Shown piece by piece: positions 29,419 through 39,478 of a DNA stretch of 64,000 nt. Origin of the DNA: Alphaproteobacteria bacterium. Its GTDB lineage: Bacteria; Pseudomonadota; Alphaproteobacteria; Rs-D84. Where the stretch lies: positions 146,359-210,358 of the forward strand of contig JAFYXG010000012.1 of the NCBI GenBank assembly GCA_017546265.1, in the 5' to 3' direction. Made by a program: the position numbers and the translations under genes. Positions within the stretch are counted from its first letter, which is position 1. Each line of letters opens with the position of its first letter. Below the pieces are notes generated by a model. That model worked only from the letters and a program-made list of their open reading frames with translations. It did no database searches and was not told the DNA's origin.

Positions 29419-30924
29419 ATGGGAATAAAAAAATTCTGTGTTTGGATTATGTTTGTCCTGGGGGCGGTAATGCCGTGTTTGGCAGATGGGTTGTTCTTTG
29501 AAGATGAACCTGTGCAAGATGGTTTGCCTGTTTTTGAAATGTCTGAAACCTTTGCCGAGATTTATCAGAAGCTGGATAATGTAAACTGGGCCGGCAAAGG
29601 GTTAAATGTCGCAATTGAAAGTTTGGAAAATCTGAATAAATCTGCCCATATCGCCGCCACAGATGAAAGGGTGGTTTTGGTCTGGGATGATAGTATTATT
29701 GCAAACTATCCACGGCCAGATGAAAAAGATTGGTACGGGTTCGGTGAAATTACAACTGCGTTGATATTGAAAATGCGTGCAAATGACCCTTATCTGCGGA
29801 ATATGAGCGAAAGTGAAACATATCAGGCGGTTGTTGATACACTGATACGCGGTGTTGATGAAAATGGACGCTATATCTTTTCCAAAGCGGCAGAAATCGC
29901 AGAAGATGGCAGAATCTTGACCAGCGTTGGTATCGAAGGTGAACGTGATGAACGTGGAAACTTTCGAATAAATGGGGTTTATAAAGGGGCACCCGCCGAT
30001 AATGCAGGAATTCGGGCAGGCGATTTAATCGTACAGATGAATGGTGTCAATGTTCGTGATATGACAGATGCGGATTTGGCTGCAGTGATGAGTGGATTTA
30101 ATTCAGGGACTGCTAAGATTAAGTTGCTGACCCCGGCGGGGGAAAAAGATGTCGTCTTGCGGCGAGCAACAATTGTTTTGGCCGATGCCGATATTGTTTA
30201 TCGTGATGATAAGACAGGCGGATTGTTGGAAATTGTTGTGCACAAGGTTTCTGATAATGCCGCCGCAATTATAAATGAGGCATTGGCACGGTATCCCGAT
30301 GTTGCAGGAATCGTCCTGGATTTGCGTGCGACAACCGGTGATGATGAAAGGGCTGCTGCAAAATTGGGGGGATTGTTTGTTGGACAAACTCCTGTTATGC
30401 GAATTGTTGAAACTGCACGAGACGAGGTAGAAGTGGTACCCGGTGGTGATGCTGTTACAGATGCACCTGTTGTGGTGTTGATGTCAAATCAAACACGTGG
30501 TACAGCCGAGGCCTTGGTTGCTGCTTTCTATGAAAATGGACGTGGGGTTTTGGTTGGAACACCAACCGCAGGGTCTGCACGAATTGCATCGCGAATTGAC
30601 CTGAATAATGGTGGTGCGTTGGAATTGCTGAACAAGTCTATTAAAACAGGACAGGGCGGTGTAATAGATGGACGTGGATTGTTCCCAATTGTATGTCTGT
30701 CCAATATCAGAACAAATCAGCAACAAAATGCGTTTTTCCTGAATGTGATAAATAATGAATTTAATGCCCAGGACTTTAACAATCGGTCGGATGTTCGGGC
30801 CGATGATGTTCGGAAGGGATGTCCGGTTATTACCAGTGGGGCAGATGAAGACAGATTAGCTATGGCTGTGGCTGTACAAATTCTGACCGATAAAAAGATT
30901 TATCACAGGCTGGTCGCTGAATAA
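29419..30924 (+). CDS. Secreted PDZ-domain protein related to S41 C-terminal processing peptidases; catalytic Ser/Lys apparently substituted
   Basis: Signal peptide, PDZ (GIRAGDLIVQMNG), S41-like core in which SASASE is replaced by QTRGTAE and TFGKG by TAGSAR. Confidence 0.55.
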   Translation: MGIKKFCVWIMFVLGAVMPCLADGLFFEDEPVQDGLPVFEMSETFAEIYQKLDNVNWAGKGLNVAIESLENLNKSAHIAATDERVVLVWDDSIIANYPRPDEKDWYGFGEITTALILKMRANDPYLRNMSESETYQAVVDTLIRGVDENGRYIFSKAAEIAEDGRILTSVGIEGERDERGNFRINGVYKGAPADNAGIRAGDLIVQMNGVNVRDMTDADLAAVMSGFNSGTAKIKLLTPAGEKDVVLRRATIVLADADIVYRDDKTGGLLEIVVHKVSDNAAAIINEALARYPDVAGIVLDLRATTGDDERAAAKLGGLFVGQTPVMRIVETARDEVEVVPGGDAVTDAPVVVLMSNQTRGTAEALVAAFYENGRGVLVGTPTAGSARIASRIDLNNGGALELLNKSIKTGQGGVIDGRGLFPIVCLSNIRTNQQQNAFFLNVINNEFNAQDFNNRSDVRADDVRKGCPVITSGADEDRLAMAVAVQILTDKKIYHRLVAE

Positions 30925-30944
30925 GTTTAATATGGGGTGTGGAT

Positions 30945-31625
30945 ATGTTTCTAACAAAAGATAATCAGATTAAGTGGAATCAAATTGGATTGGCAGCAGG
31001 TGTTGTTGTTATCTTGATTTTTGCTGGTATTTTGTGGTTTGATAAGCCGCTGTTTGGTTTTTTGCGTGAATTTGATTGTCGGGCCTGGTGGTACTTTGAC
31101 CAGATTTTTTCGGCAAAAAACTGGATTTTCGTGGCGGCGGTTGCAGCAGCGTTTTTTTGTGTTAAAAAGTGCGTAAAAACAGATTGTAGTTTTTTTAAAT
31201 GTGTAAACAAGGTTAATGTAAGGGATTTTTTGTGTGGTTTCTTTGAAAAAACAAAGGCTAGTAATGCGTTTTTGATATTTTACAGCGTGTTGGGAGCTGG
31301 TCTGTTGGTTGGTGTGTTAAAGGTGTTGATTGGACGAGCCAGACCAATTTTTTACGAGGCTTTGGGAATGACAGGATTTTTTCCGCCTTCAACCGAGTGG
31401 GCATTTAATTCCATGCCATCTGGACATACGGCAGTCAGTTTTGCAGGGTTGGTTATGATTGGTATGTTGGCACCACGGTTTAAGCCGTTGACGTGGACGC
31501 TGGCTATTTTTATTGGGATGTCTCGTGTGGCATATGGGGCACATTGGCCAACAGATGTGATTTTTGGGGCTTTTATAGGTATGGTTGTGGCAGACCTTGT
31601 CAAAGGTATCTTAAGAAAGTCATAA
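30945..31625 (+). CDS. PAP2 family lipid phosphatase (undecaprenyl-PP / PGP phosphatase type)
   Basis: KxxxxxxRP (GRARP), PSGH, SRxxxxxHxxxD (SRVAYGAHWPTDV) motifs; alternative GTG start at 30939. Confidence 0.7.
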   Translation: MFLTKDNQIKWNQIGLAAGVVVILIFAGILWFDKPLFGFLREFDCRAWWYFDQIFSAKNWIFVAAVAAAFFCVKKCVKTDCSFFKCVNKVNVRDFLCGFFEKTKASNAFLIFYSVLGAGLLVGVLKVLIGRARPIFYEALGMTGFFPPSTEWAFNSMPSGHTAVSFAGLVMIGMLAPRFKPLTWTLAIFIGMSRVAYGAHWPTDVIFGAFIGMVVADLVKGILRKS

Positions 31626-31627
31626 AT

Positions 31628-31654
31628 TTATCCCCAGTCGGGGATGTTTTTTTG
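31628..31654 (+). terminator. Intrinsic terminator (atccccagtcggggat + T7)
   Basis: Hairpin plus T-run after the PAP2 gene. Confidence 0.65.
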
Positions 31655-31713
31655 CCATATATTCGGTTTGCTTGTTTGTTTTTTTGTGAATTTTATGATA
31701 AAATGCATCCGAT

Positions 31714-34005
31714 ATGGCAGGAAAATCAAATTTTTTACCAAAAAGTATTGCAGAATCTTTGCGATGGCTGATGGGGCGTGTGTTTGGGGCCGTTGTTTGT
31801 GGGGTGGGCCTGTGGGCTGTGTCGGCTTTGTTGTTTTATGACCCAAAATTGGCGGGCTTTGGCGTGGCCAGTACGTTTGGCGAACAGTCGTTGATGGGCT
31901 ATCTGGTTGGTATGCTGAAATATGCAATTGGTTGGATTCCTGGATTCTTTGTTTTGTTGTGTATTGTGCGGTGGGGATTTTTAAAACTGATTGGTTTTAA
32001 TGCAGATGTGGCACCAGAGTATAATTTGCTGCGTGGATTTATTGCGGTGTGTTTGGGGGCGGTCGGATTTGGTGCAATTTCGGTTGGTTCTGCGTTCGGT
32101 GGTATGTTCGGTGCAATTGCAGTGGCGGATTTAGGGGTGGTATTCGGTGAGTTGGTATTGCTAGTTGGAATTGCGTGTTTGATGGGGTTCTTTGTAATGG
32201 CGGGAATGTTGTTACATATTAAATGGTCGCATGTGCGTGGGGCTATGCGGGTTTTTCTGCGTTGTTTGCGTTGGGTTGGGTCGGCATTTCATTTGGTGGG
32301 TGCACCTGCTGCGTGTCCTGTGCGGGCAAAGGCGGTTGATGCTGATGATAAGGCAGAGCAGGCGGTGGTACCGGCCGAGCCAGAAACAGAACCTGAAACG
32401 CAGAAAAAACGTGGCGGATTGCTGGGACGGCGAAAAAAACAGGTGGCGGCACCTGTGGCCGCGGTGGTGGCTAAGTCTGCAATGCCAAATGCAGCCCAGG
32501 CATATTCTGTTTACAGATTGCCAGATACCAGTTTGCTGGAATATTCCAAGGCGGCAAAATATTCCGTTACACCCGAGTTGATGCAAAATGCACGGGCAAT
32601 TGAAACGCACTTTGCGGAATATGGGGTGTTTGGCAAAGTGGTGGGAATTAAACCGGGGCCAGTTGTCACTTTGTATGAGTTCGAACCAGAACCAGGACAA
32701 CGTATCGCAGATATCAGTAAAACAGGAAAGGATATGACACGCGCCATGGCCGTGGAAAATTTCCGTATTGCTTTGATGCCTAAATCAAACTATTTGGGTG
32801 TGGAAATGGCAAATATTAAACGTCAGGTTGTGCGGTACCGTGGCCTGATGGAAGATGAAATGTTTGTCCAGTCTAAGTATAAAATACCGTTGGCATTGGG
32901 GGTGAATATTGGTGGACATCCTATGTACTTTGACCTGGCGAAAATGCCACATATGATGATTGCAGGACGTACAGGATCGGGTAAGTCTGTATTCGTGCAA
33001 TCTATTATCACATCCATAGTTTATCACTTTACCCCGGATAAATGTAAACTGATGATTATTGACCCCAAGGGGGTGGACTTTGGATTCTGGGATGATATTC
33101 CACATCTGATTACACCAATCGTTAAACTGGAACCTCAGCCGGCGATAAATGCGTTAAAGTGGGCCGTGCGTGAAATGGAAGAACGCTATAAAAGACTGGG
33201 GCAACTGAACGCACGTAATATCGAAAGTTATAATGAAATTATGGCACACAAACGTGACAGCGGGGAAAGATTAACCAAACAGGTGGCCGTTGGAACAGAC
33301 CCTGAAACGGGTGAACTGATGTTCGAAACCCAGGAAGTTGATATGTCTGATATGCCATACCTGGTTATAATTATTGACGAGGTGGCTGATCTGATGGCGG
33401 TGGCAAAAAAAGAAGTGGAACTGTGTGTGCAACGTATCGCACAAAAGGCACGTGCTGCGGGTATCCACCTGATTATGGCAACCCAGCGACCAGACGCAAC
33501 AATTATCACAGGTGTTATCAAGGCAAACTTTCCAACACGCGTATCGTTCCAGGCCGCCAGCCGTATCGACAGTATGACGTCCCTGGGGGCCGGTGGGGCA
33601 GAACAACTGTTGGCAATGGGGGATATGTTGTTCAGCGAAGGTGGACATGCCGCAGTGCGTATCCATGGTGCGTTTATCAGTGATGATGAATTGTCAAAAA
33701 TCGGGGATTTCCTGCGTGCACAGGGCGAACCAGAATATACCGAAGGTGTTACCGCAGGCGAAGACGAAGGCGGCGGTTCTGTGATTCCGGGGTTGCCCGG
33801 TGCAATTGGTGGCGGTGGTGCTAAAGATGACCTGTATGAACAGGCCAAAGAAATTGTCATTCGTGATAAAAAACCAACCATTTCATATATTCAACGCCGT
33901 TTGGGGGTCGGATATAACAAGGCCGCTGGATTCATTGAACGCATGGAACAAGACGGAATCCTGTCGGGACCTGATGCGAAAAATAAACGCCAAATCCTGA
34001 TTTAA
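31714..34005 (+). CDS. ftsK: DNA translocase FtsK
   Basis: N-terminal TMs, Pro/Ala-rich linker, AAA+ motor (GRTGSGKSV), C-terminal gamma wHTH; 763 aa. Confidence 0.9.
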   Translation: MAGKSNFLPKSIAESLRWLMGRVFGAVVCGVGLWAVSALLFYDPKLAGFGVASTFGEQSLMGYLVGMLKYAIGWIPGFFVLLCIVRWGFLKLIGFNADVAPEYNLLRGFIAVCLGAVGFGAISVGSAFGGMFGAIAVADLGVVFGELVLLVGIACLMGFFVMAGMLLHIKWSHVRGAMRVFLRCLRWVGSAFHLVGAPAACPVRAKAVDADDKAEQAVVPAEPETEPETQKKRGGLLGRRKKQVAAPVAAVVAKSAMPNAAQAYSVYRLPDTSLLEYSKAAKYSVTPELMQNARAIETHFAEYGVFGKVVGIKPGPVVTLYEFEPEPGQRIADISKTGKDMTRAMAVENFRIALMPKSNYLGVEMANIKRQVVRYRGLMEDEMFVQSKYKIPLALGVNIGGHPMYFDLAKMPHMMIAGRTGSGKSVFVQSIITSIVYHFTPDKCKLMIIDPKGVDFGFWDDIPHLITPIVKLEPQPAINALKWAVREMEERYKRLGQLNARNIESYNEIMAHKRDSGERLTKQVAVGTDPETGELMFETQEVDMSDMPYLVIIIDEVADLMAVAKKEVELCVQRIAQKARAAGIHLIMATQRPDATIITGVIKANFPTRVSFQAASRIDSMTSLGAGGAEQLLAMGDMLFSEGGHAAVRIHGAFISDDELSKIGDFLRAQGEPEYTEGVTAGEDEGGGSVIPGLPGAIGGGGAKDDLYEQAKEIVIRDKKPTISYIQRRLGVGYNKAAGFIERMEQDGILSGPDAKNKRQILI

Positions 34006-34007
34006 AT

Positions 34008-34300
34008 TAAATCTAATGGCACATCTACGGGCGGGGGCGACATCTTATGTAGCGTTATGTACACTACGATGTTGCCCCCATCCCGTATCTATACCATTAT
34101 CTTTTATTTTACGCATCTGATGGGCGGGGCGACATCTTATGTAGCGTTTGTACACTGCACTGGCGGTTTTATCTTGCATCTATACCATTATCTTTTATTT
34201 AACGCACCTGACGGGCAGGGGGGGCTTATGTAGCGTTTGTACACTGCGATGTCGCCCCCATCCCGTATCTGTGCCATTATCTTTTATTTTACGTTTTTGG
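34008..34300. repeat. Three tandem REP-like palindromic elements (core ttatgtagcgtttgtacactgcg; arms gggcgggggcgacatc / gatgttgcccccatccc)
   Basis: Direct reading: units at ~34008-34110, 34113-34205 and 34205-34297 share the core and 3' tail ccattatcttttatttt with the copies at 3.1 and 39.4 kb. Confidence 0.7.
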
Positions 34301-34390
34301 TATTTTACATGCTTTACGGGGTGGGGGGATAATGTTTTTTTACTTTTATATGCTTTGTTTTTGTGATAAAATTATACTAATAGAGAGAGT

Positions 34391-36388
34391 ATGAAGTTCT
34401 TTAAGCATATTTTTGCCGTGTTTATTTGTGCCATGCCTTTTATGGCGGGGGCTAATGTTGCAACAACTGCTGGGAATAATTTGACTGCATGGAACGGTAA
34501 TTCGGGGGCAACAAATAATAATAACTGGAATCAAATGATGAACAGTCGCACGATGGCGACACAAGATGCACCAACTGCAGATTTTGGAAACTGTAATTCA
34601 CTGATACTGCGTTGTGCACAACCAAAATGTTCTGGATGTACGACCATAGATATTGCTCGTCCAATTGTTTCGGGGTGCGTAAACAGTAATGCAACATGCA
34701 AAAAATACGGCAATGATTTAGTCGAATATATTTCTGCCCAGTTGGTGTCAAATGCCAATACCAAGGCACAACAGGCAGAACTGGCGGCACAGACCGCCGC
34801 AGCAAATGCCGCAGCCCAGCAAAGCAGTATGCAAATGCAACAAATGCAGCAGCAGATGGCACAGATGCAGGCCCAAATGCAACAGCAAAATGCACAACAA
34901 ATTGCACAAATGCAGGCCGCACTGGATGAACAAAAGGCATTAACCCAGGCCGCTATGCAAGAGGTTGCCGCACAACAGCAACAGGCCATTCAGCAGGTGC
35001 AAAGTGTATCAACCCCGTCTGGAAATGGTGCGTTGACCGATGCCCAGGTTGCCGCCGCCCAGGCCGGTGTGTCCGCAGATGTCTTGGCACGTGAACAAAT
35101 TGCAGGGCAGATTATGTCCAAGATAGAAAGTGCCGAGGTTGCGTTAAAAACACTGAATGCGACAATGCAAAATGCGTTTATCTATGCGGGGTGTGATTCA
35201 CGCGGAAATAACTGTTCTGGACCAAAGCGGGTCAAGGTGTTTAAGCAAAAGGCAATGGGATTCTTTGAACCATATGACGCAATCGTGGACGAAGCATACG
35301 AAGGATTGGAAATGGCACTGGCCGTGGGGGTGGATGTGTCTGATGTGATTATGATGTTAAGTGGTGCATGTAATCAGTGGGGAAAATTCCTGTGTACGGG
35401 CGAGGGCGATATACACAAGGTGGGGCATTATAATAATGATAATTGTCAGAATGGTCGCTCGGTCAAGGGGGGATATGTTAAAGGGGGAATGGAATGCTCG
35501 GACGGTATGGCGGTGTCACCCCAGGACGATACCCGTTGCACATTAACCAGTTTGATTGGTGGTGATGGTGATAATGATGCCGTTTTGCGTGAATGGTTGG
35601 ATGAAAATTACGAAGGGGACAGACTGGTTCGTGTTGGTTGTGCGACATCTGCGTTGGATTCTATTTCAATATTTGGTCGCAGAAACAGCAAACGGGATAA
35701 TGCATTGGGACTGGATATACTGGAACGTATTTTATTACAGGATTCGCCGGATTATATTGGTAATAACAGATATGTAAAAACAGGGACAGATACCTATACC
35801 GAACGTATGAAGTACTGTGCATTGACACCAAATGGATATCAGAAATTACTGAATGCGGTTAACAGTAAAAAGTTGCCCAAGGATATTTGTGTGGATAATA
35901 AAAAACTGACCAATGATTTTATGTATGGTGGTGCAATCGCGGCCAGTGCATTTGGTGGAACAGGGTTAGATCAGACGATTGTCTCTTCGGCATATGATGA
36001 ACGGTCGTGTAAAGCTTGGGGGAATAATGTCGCACCACAAGGTTGTGGAACGGAATGGGATGGAAAGAATGCACGTTGTGTTGTGACCGGGCCTTGTAAA
36101 TTTACAGGTAATGATATTTTGACGTTGACGCAAATTGAGATAGAACAAAGAGCGACTGTTAGAGAAAAACAGGAGGCATCTTTGAATAATGCTGCGAAAG
36201 CGATGATTGGAACAGTAGTTTGTGTTCATGATTGTGGCGGTGGTCGGCGGAACTCTGCTGCAAAAAGTCAGGACGAATGTTGTTTGTGTGGAACAAGTTC
36301 TTTTAATCCTGTGGTACAAAAATGTGTTGATGGCAAGTTGCAAAGTAATAAAATTCCAACTATTACACTGGGGAACTCAAAAAAATGA
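34391..36388 (+). CDS. Secreted cysteine-rich protein with a long (M/A/Q)-rich low-complexity tract; unknown function
   Basis: Signal peptide (cleavage after MAGA), 665 aa, ~40 Cys, no recognisable domain; tract AQQAELAAQTAAANAAAQQSSMQMQQMQQQMAQMQAQMQQQ... Confidence 0.55.
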   Translation: MKFFKHIFAVFICAMPFMAGANVATTAGNNLTAWNGNSGATNNNNWNQMMNSRTMATQDAPTADFGNCNSLILRCAQPKCSGCTTIDIARPIVSGCVNSNATCKKYGNDLVEYISAQLVSNANTKAQQAELAAQTAAANAAAQQSSMQMQQMQQQMAQMQAQMQQQNAQQIAQMQAALDEQKALTQAAMQEVAAQQQQAIQQVQSVSTPSGNGALTDAQVAAAQAGVSADVLAREQIAGQIMSKIESAEVALKTLNATMQNAFIYAGCDSRGNNCSGPKRVKVFKQKAMGFFEPYDAIVDEAYEGLEMALAVGVDVSDVIMMLSGACNQWGKFLCTGEGDIHKVGHYNNDNCQNGRSVKGGYVKGGMECSDGMAVSPQDDTRCTLTSLIGGDGDNDAVLREWLDENYEGDRLVRVGCATSALDSISIFGRRNSKRDNALGLDILERILLQDSPDYIGNNRYVKTGTDTYTERMKYCALTPNGYQKLLNAVNSKKLPKDICVDNKKLTNDFMYGGAIAASAFGGTGLDQTIVSSAYDERSCKAWGNNVAPQGCGTEWDGKNARCVVTGPCKFTGNDILTLTQIEIEQRATVREKQEASLNNAAKAMIGTVVCVHDCGGGRRNSAAKSQDECCLCGTSSFNPVVQKCVDGKLQSNKIPTITLGNSKK

Positions 36389-37143
36389 AATGGATAAATG
36401 ATAAGATTTTTGCTTGCTTTGGTGTATTGGTGCTTTGTTTCGTTGTTTGTTTTGCCATGCCGGCGGTGGCGGCGGATAACGGCTGTGATGACGAAGATAA
36501 TGATATGATTGCCGCAGAATTGGCACTGTGTTCAACGCATGCGTATAATATCGGTGCACAGACAAATCCAACCGGGGCAGACCGTGATTTGATGCGTGAT
36601 GTTATCGCAATGAAAACAACACTGATTACACAACAGATGTACAAACAGTACGAAGAAATGGAATCTTTGTTGCGGCGGTTGAAAACACAACTGGAAAAGG
36701 CAGTGTTGACCACGGGACTGCAGGCCAAGGGGGCCGATGCGGGAGGAGCTTCGTCTGGCGGTGGCAGTGTCTCTTTTAGGTCGGAGGATAGAAATATCTT
36801 TATGGCTGGGGTTAAGAATTGTAATAATGAGTTATTACCGACTGATGTGATGACTTGTTTAAACAGTAATATGAATACAATTTCAAATATGTCGGGAAAT
36901 GGTAGCGAAGTTAATGCTGAGTTGGCAAAACAGTTGGCGAATGATTTTAGTTTGTTGAATTTAACAAGTGTTAGTGGAGTCTCGTGTACAACAATATCTA
37001 ACACGAATAATAAAGACTGTTTGAAGGGTAAGGAAATTCGAAAGAAAAAAGATTTTCAGGAGTGTTTTGATAATATGCGTGCATGTTTAAGAAGCAAGAG
37101 TTATGAATTGTCAAAACCTGTATCGCAACAAAACAGAAAATAA
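36385..37143 (+). CDS. Secreted cysteine-rich protein, translationally coupled to the upstream gene
   Basis: ATGA start/stop overlap; signal peptide (cleavage after AVA); 252 aa; Gly/Ser-rich segment; terminator follows. Confidence 0.5.
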   Translation: MKWINDKIFACFGVLVLCFVVCFAMPAVAADNGCDDEDNDMIAAELALCSTHAYNIGAQTNPTGADRDLMRDVIAMKTTLITQQMYKQYEEMESLLRRLKTQLEKAVLTTGLQAKGADAGGASSGGGSVSFRSEDRNIFMAGVKNCNNELLPTDVMTCLNSNMNTISNMSGNGSEVNAELAKQLANDFSLLNLTSVSGVSCTTISNTNNKDCLKGKEIRKKKDFQECFDNMRACLRSKSYELSKPVSQQNRK

Positions 37144-37149
37144 TAATTT

Positions 37150-37177
37150 TTACACCCGAATTCGGGTGTTTTTTTGT
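37150..37177 (+). terminator. Intrinsic terminator (acacccgaattcgggtgt + T7)
   Basis: Perfect 7-bp stem plus T-run. Confidence 0.7.
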
Positions 37178-37273
37178 ATTGTAAAGGGCTTCATCCATGC
37201 GGGGCGTGGGGATTTTTATTCTTTTATATTCAGCTTTGTTGTGATATAATTTGGGCAAAAGGAGTTATGTATC

Positions 37274-38566
37274 ATGAAAAAATCTTTGTCTTTGTTTGTA
37301 GGTATGTTGGTCGCAATGGGGGCCTTGTCTGCAGATGCTGCAACCAACTGGGGAACACGTGCAGGGTCCAGTGCAGACCTGACAGGGGCACCCGCAACAC
37401 GTACGCGCGAAAATGTTAATTATGAAAAATATAAAACACGTACACTGACAAAAACGTATGAGGCCAAAGATGCCGCAGATTTATATTATTCTAAGCCTGC
37501 AAACCGCAGTGCGTTGTATAAACAGTACGAAGGGGCAAATTCGTCCGCCGCAACCGCAACAAAAACAACTACGCGGACAACACGTTCAGAAACTCTGGTT
37601 AATAAAATGAAGCGTAAGTATTATTTGGCTCATCCGTTCTTTCAGCCGTTGGGCGGAATGTTTGGGTCGATTACAGATGTTTCATATGGTATGAATTCGT
37701 ATGACTTTACAATAAACCAGACTTTGCCAGTGTGGAACGAGAATACGTCTGCCTATGAAACTGTCTTAAATGGTTTGGGCGGTAAGTGGGATATGAATCG
37801 TATCGCCATCAAAGAAGACTTTAGTTATGGTATTACTGACCGTATCGCAATTCTGGGTATGGCACAGTTCGAAATGAACGAATATAAATTCGAATGGGAC
37901 GATAATTCCCCAACGGATAAAATGGATGATAATGGACTGAATCTGTTCGGGGTCGGTGCACAGTGGCGTTTTGCCGATACATCTGAATGGATTGCAATGG
38001 CGTCTGCATATTTCCAGCATCAAAAAGATGTGTCAAATAATTTCCTGATGGAAATCAAGGCAGGGTATAAGGTGGCACGTTCAACAATTTATGGATTGGC
38101 ACGTGGTTGGTATTTGGATCTGGATGGTAATTCATATGGTAATGGGGTCAGTGGGGCGGATTCGCATGGGAATTCTGCGTTGATGTATATCCCATATCAG
38201 GTTGGTGATTCCAGTGCTATGTATTTCGAAGGTGGTGTCGGTGTATTCAGTGTGCTGGACGAAGATTGGACACTGAATGTCGAGGCAATCATTGGAAATT
38301 ATGACTGGCATAATCAAGGTAATGTCAAGGCCGCAATCGGATGGCAGCCAAATGATTGGTTCGCGTTGAACCTGTATGCTAAGACTGTGTTCTTTGACAG
38401 TGCAGATGGTAAAACACTGGATTTGTATTGGATGGAACCAGGAATCAAGGCACAGGCATCCAATGGAACAGAATTTGAATTAAATCAGTTGACTAAAATT
38501 GGTACCGCTGATTTGGATAATTATGCTGAAACAACCATCGGTTTGCAGGCAATATTCCAGTTCTGA
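37274..38566 (+). CDS. Predicted outer-membrane beta-barrel protein
   Basis: Signal peptide, alternating hydrophobic pattern, C-terminal ...GLQAIFQF ending in Phe; 430 aa. Confidence 0.5.
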   Translation: MKKSLSLFVGMLVAMGALSADAATNWGTRAGSSADLTGAPATRTRENVNYEKYKTRTLTKTYEAKDAADLYYSKPANRSALYKQYEGANSSAATATKTTTRTTRSETLVNKMKRKYYLAHPFFQPLGGMFGSITDVSYGMNSYDFTINQTLPVWNENTSAYETVLNGLGGKWDMNRIAIKEDFSYGITDRIAILGMAQFEMNEYKFEWDDNSPTDKMDDNGLNLFGVGAQWRFADTSEWIAMASAYFQHQKDVSNNFLMEIKAGYKVARSTIYGLARGWYLDLDGNSYGNGVSGADSHGNSALMYIPYQVGDSSAMYFEGGVGVFSVLDEDWTLNVEAIIGNYDWHNQGNVKAAIGWQPNDWFALNLYAKTVFFDSADGKTLDLYWMEPGIKAQASNGTEFELNQLTKIGTADLDNYAETTIGLQAIFQF

Positions 38567-38584
38567 TATTTGTAAATGACAAAA

Positions 38585-38612
38585 TTGCCCCCATGGGTTG
38601 GGGGCCATTTTG
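38585..38612 (+). terminator. Intrinsic terminator hairpin (gcccccatgggttgggggc)
   Basis: Stem-loop followed by cattttgtt. Confidence 0.5.
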
Positions 38613-38641
38613 TTGATATAAAAAAACAAGGGAGAGAGTTT

Positions 38642-39370
38642 ATGCGTAAATTTATTTTTGGGCTGGTTGCCGCTGTAATCCCAGTGTTTGCACAGGCAAA
38701 TGTATTGGAAACAGATACGTCTGACCCGCTGTTCCTGCAAAAGGCAGAAGAGATTTTTACTCGGTCGTCTGTTGCATATTGGGATCATATTCTGCGTGTT
38801 GGGCAATCTGTTTCATATGGTGTGAATAATCGCTTCAGTTTGGGGGCCGATGTGCATTATCAACATGACTTTAATGGTGCTGAAGATGGATTTTCCGCAA
38901 TGGATGTCGGTGCAATATACCGTGTTGCAAATGCAGATGATAATGAATCAAATATAATTTCTGATATTCTGTTCGGCTTTAAATTTGGTGGTAGTTCACA
39001 GGTGCGTACCCCAGACTATGCCGATTCTTCATATTATGTCGGGTTGCGGTTTGGTCGGCAATGGGGCGGGGTAAGTTTGGCCGCAACGATTAAATCAACC
39101 TGGGTTTTCGATGATGAACGTGGTATTGCATTTCTGGATTTTTCGCCCGAGGCATATTTCCGTACCGCACCAGATTGGCGTTTCGGAACAGGTCTGACCA
39201 TTCGCAAAGCAACGCATAAAGATCCAATTTATCATACTGATTATGATCAGGAATGGTTGCATATGAAACTGATACGTCAATATGGTCGTACCCAGTATAT
39301 CGGGCATGTGGACTATGAATTCGAATCTGATGATGCACAGGTGGGGGGACGTATAAATATTCTGTTCTAA
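38642..39370 (+). CDS. Predicted small outer-membrane beta-barrel protein (porin/OmpW-sized)
   Basis: Signal peptide (VFA|QA), C-terminal GRINILF, 242 aa; RBS gggagag. Confidence 0.45.
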   Translation: MRKFIFGLVAAVIPVFAQANVLETDTSDPLFLQKAEEIFTRSSVAYWDHILRVGQSVSYGVNNRFSLGADVHYQHDFNGAEDGFSAMDVGAIYRVANADDNESNIISDILFGFKFGGSSQVRTPDYADSSYYVGLRFGRQWGGVSLAATIKSTWVFDDERGIAFLDFSPEAYFRTAPDWRFGTGLTIRKATHKDPIYHTDYDQEWLHMKLIRQYGRTQYIGHVDYEFESDDAQVGGRINILF

Positions 39371-39371
39371 A

Positions 39372-39478
39372 AAATAAAATCTAATGGCATATCTACGGGC
39401 GGGGCGGCATCTGATGTAGCGTTTGTACACTGCGATGCTGCCCCCATCCCGTATCTGTGCCATTATCTTTTAATTTTT
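39372..39478. repeat. Single REP-like palindromic element (same family as at 3.1 and 34.0 kb)
   Basis: aaatctaatggcatatctacgggcggggcggcatc-tgatgtagcgtttgtacactgcg-atgctgcccccatcccgtatctgtgccattatctttt. Confidence 0.7.

Noticed and set aside
34008-34300. Possible CRISPR array (tandem direct repeats)
   Set aside because: The units are ~95 bp palindromic elements abutting each other, with no regular short repeat-spacer periodicity, and no cas genes are nearby. The same unit occurs singly at 39.4 kb and doubly at 3.1 kb, so it reads as a REP/MITE-like family, not CRISPR.
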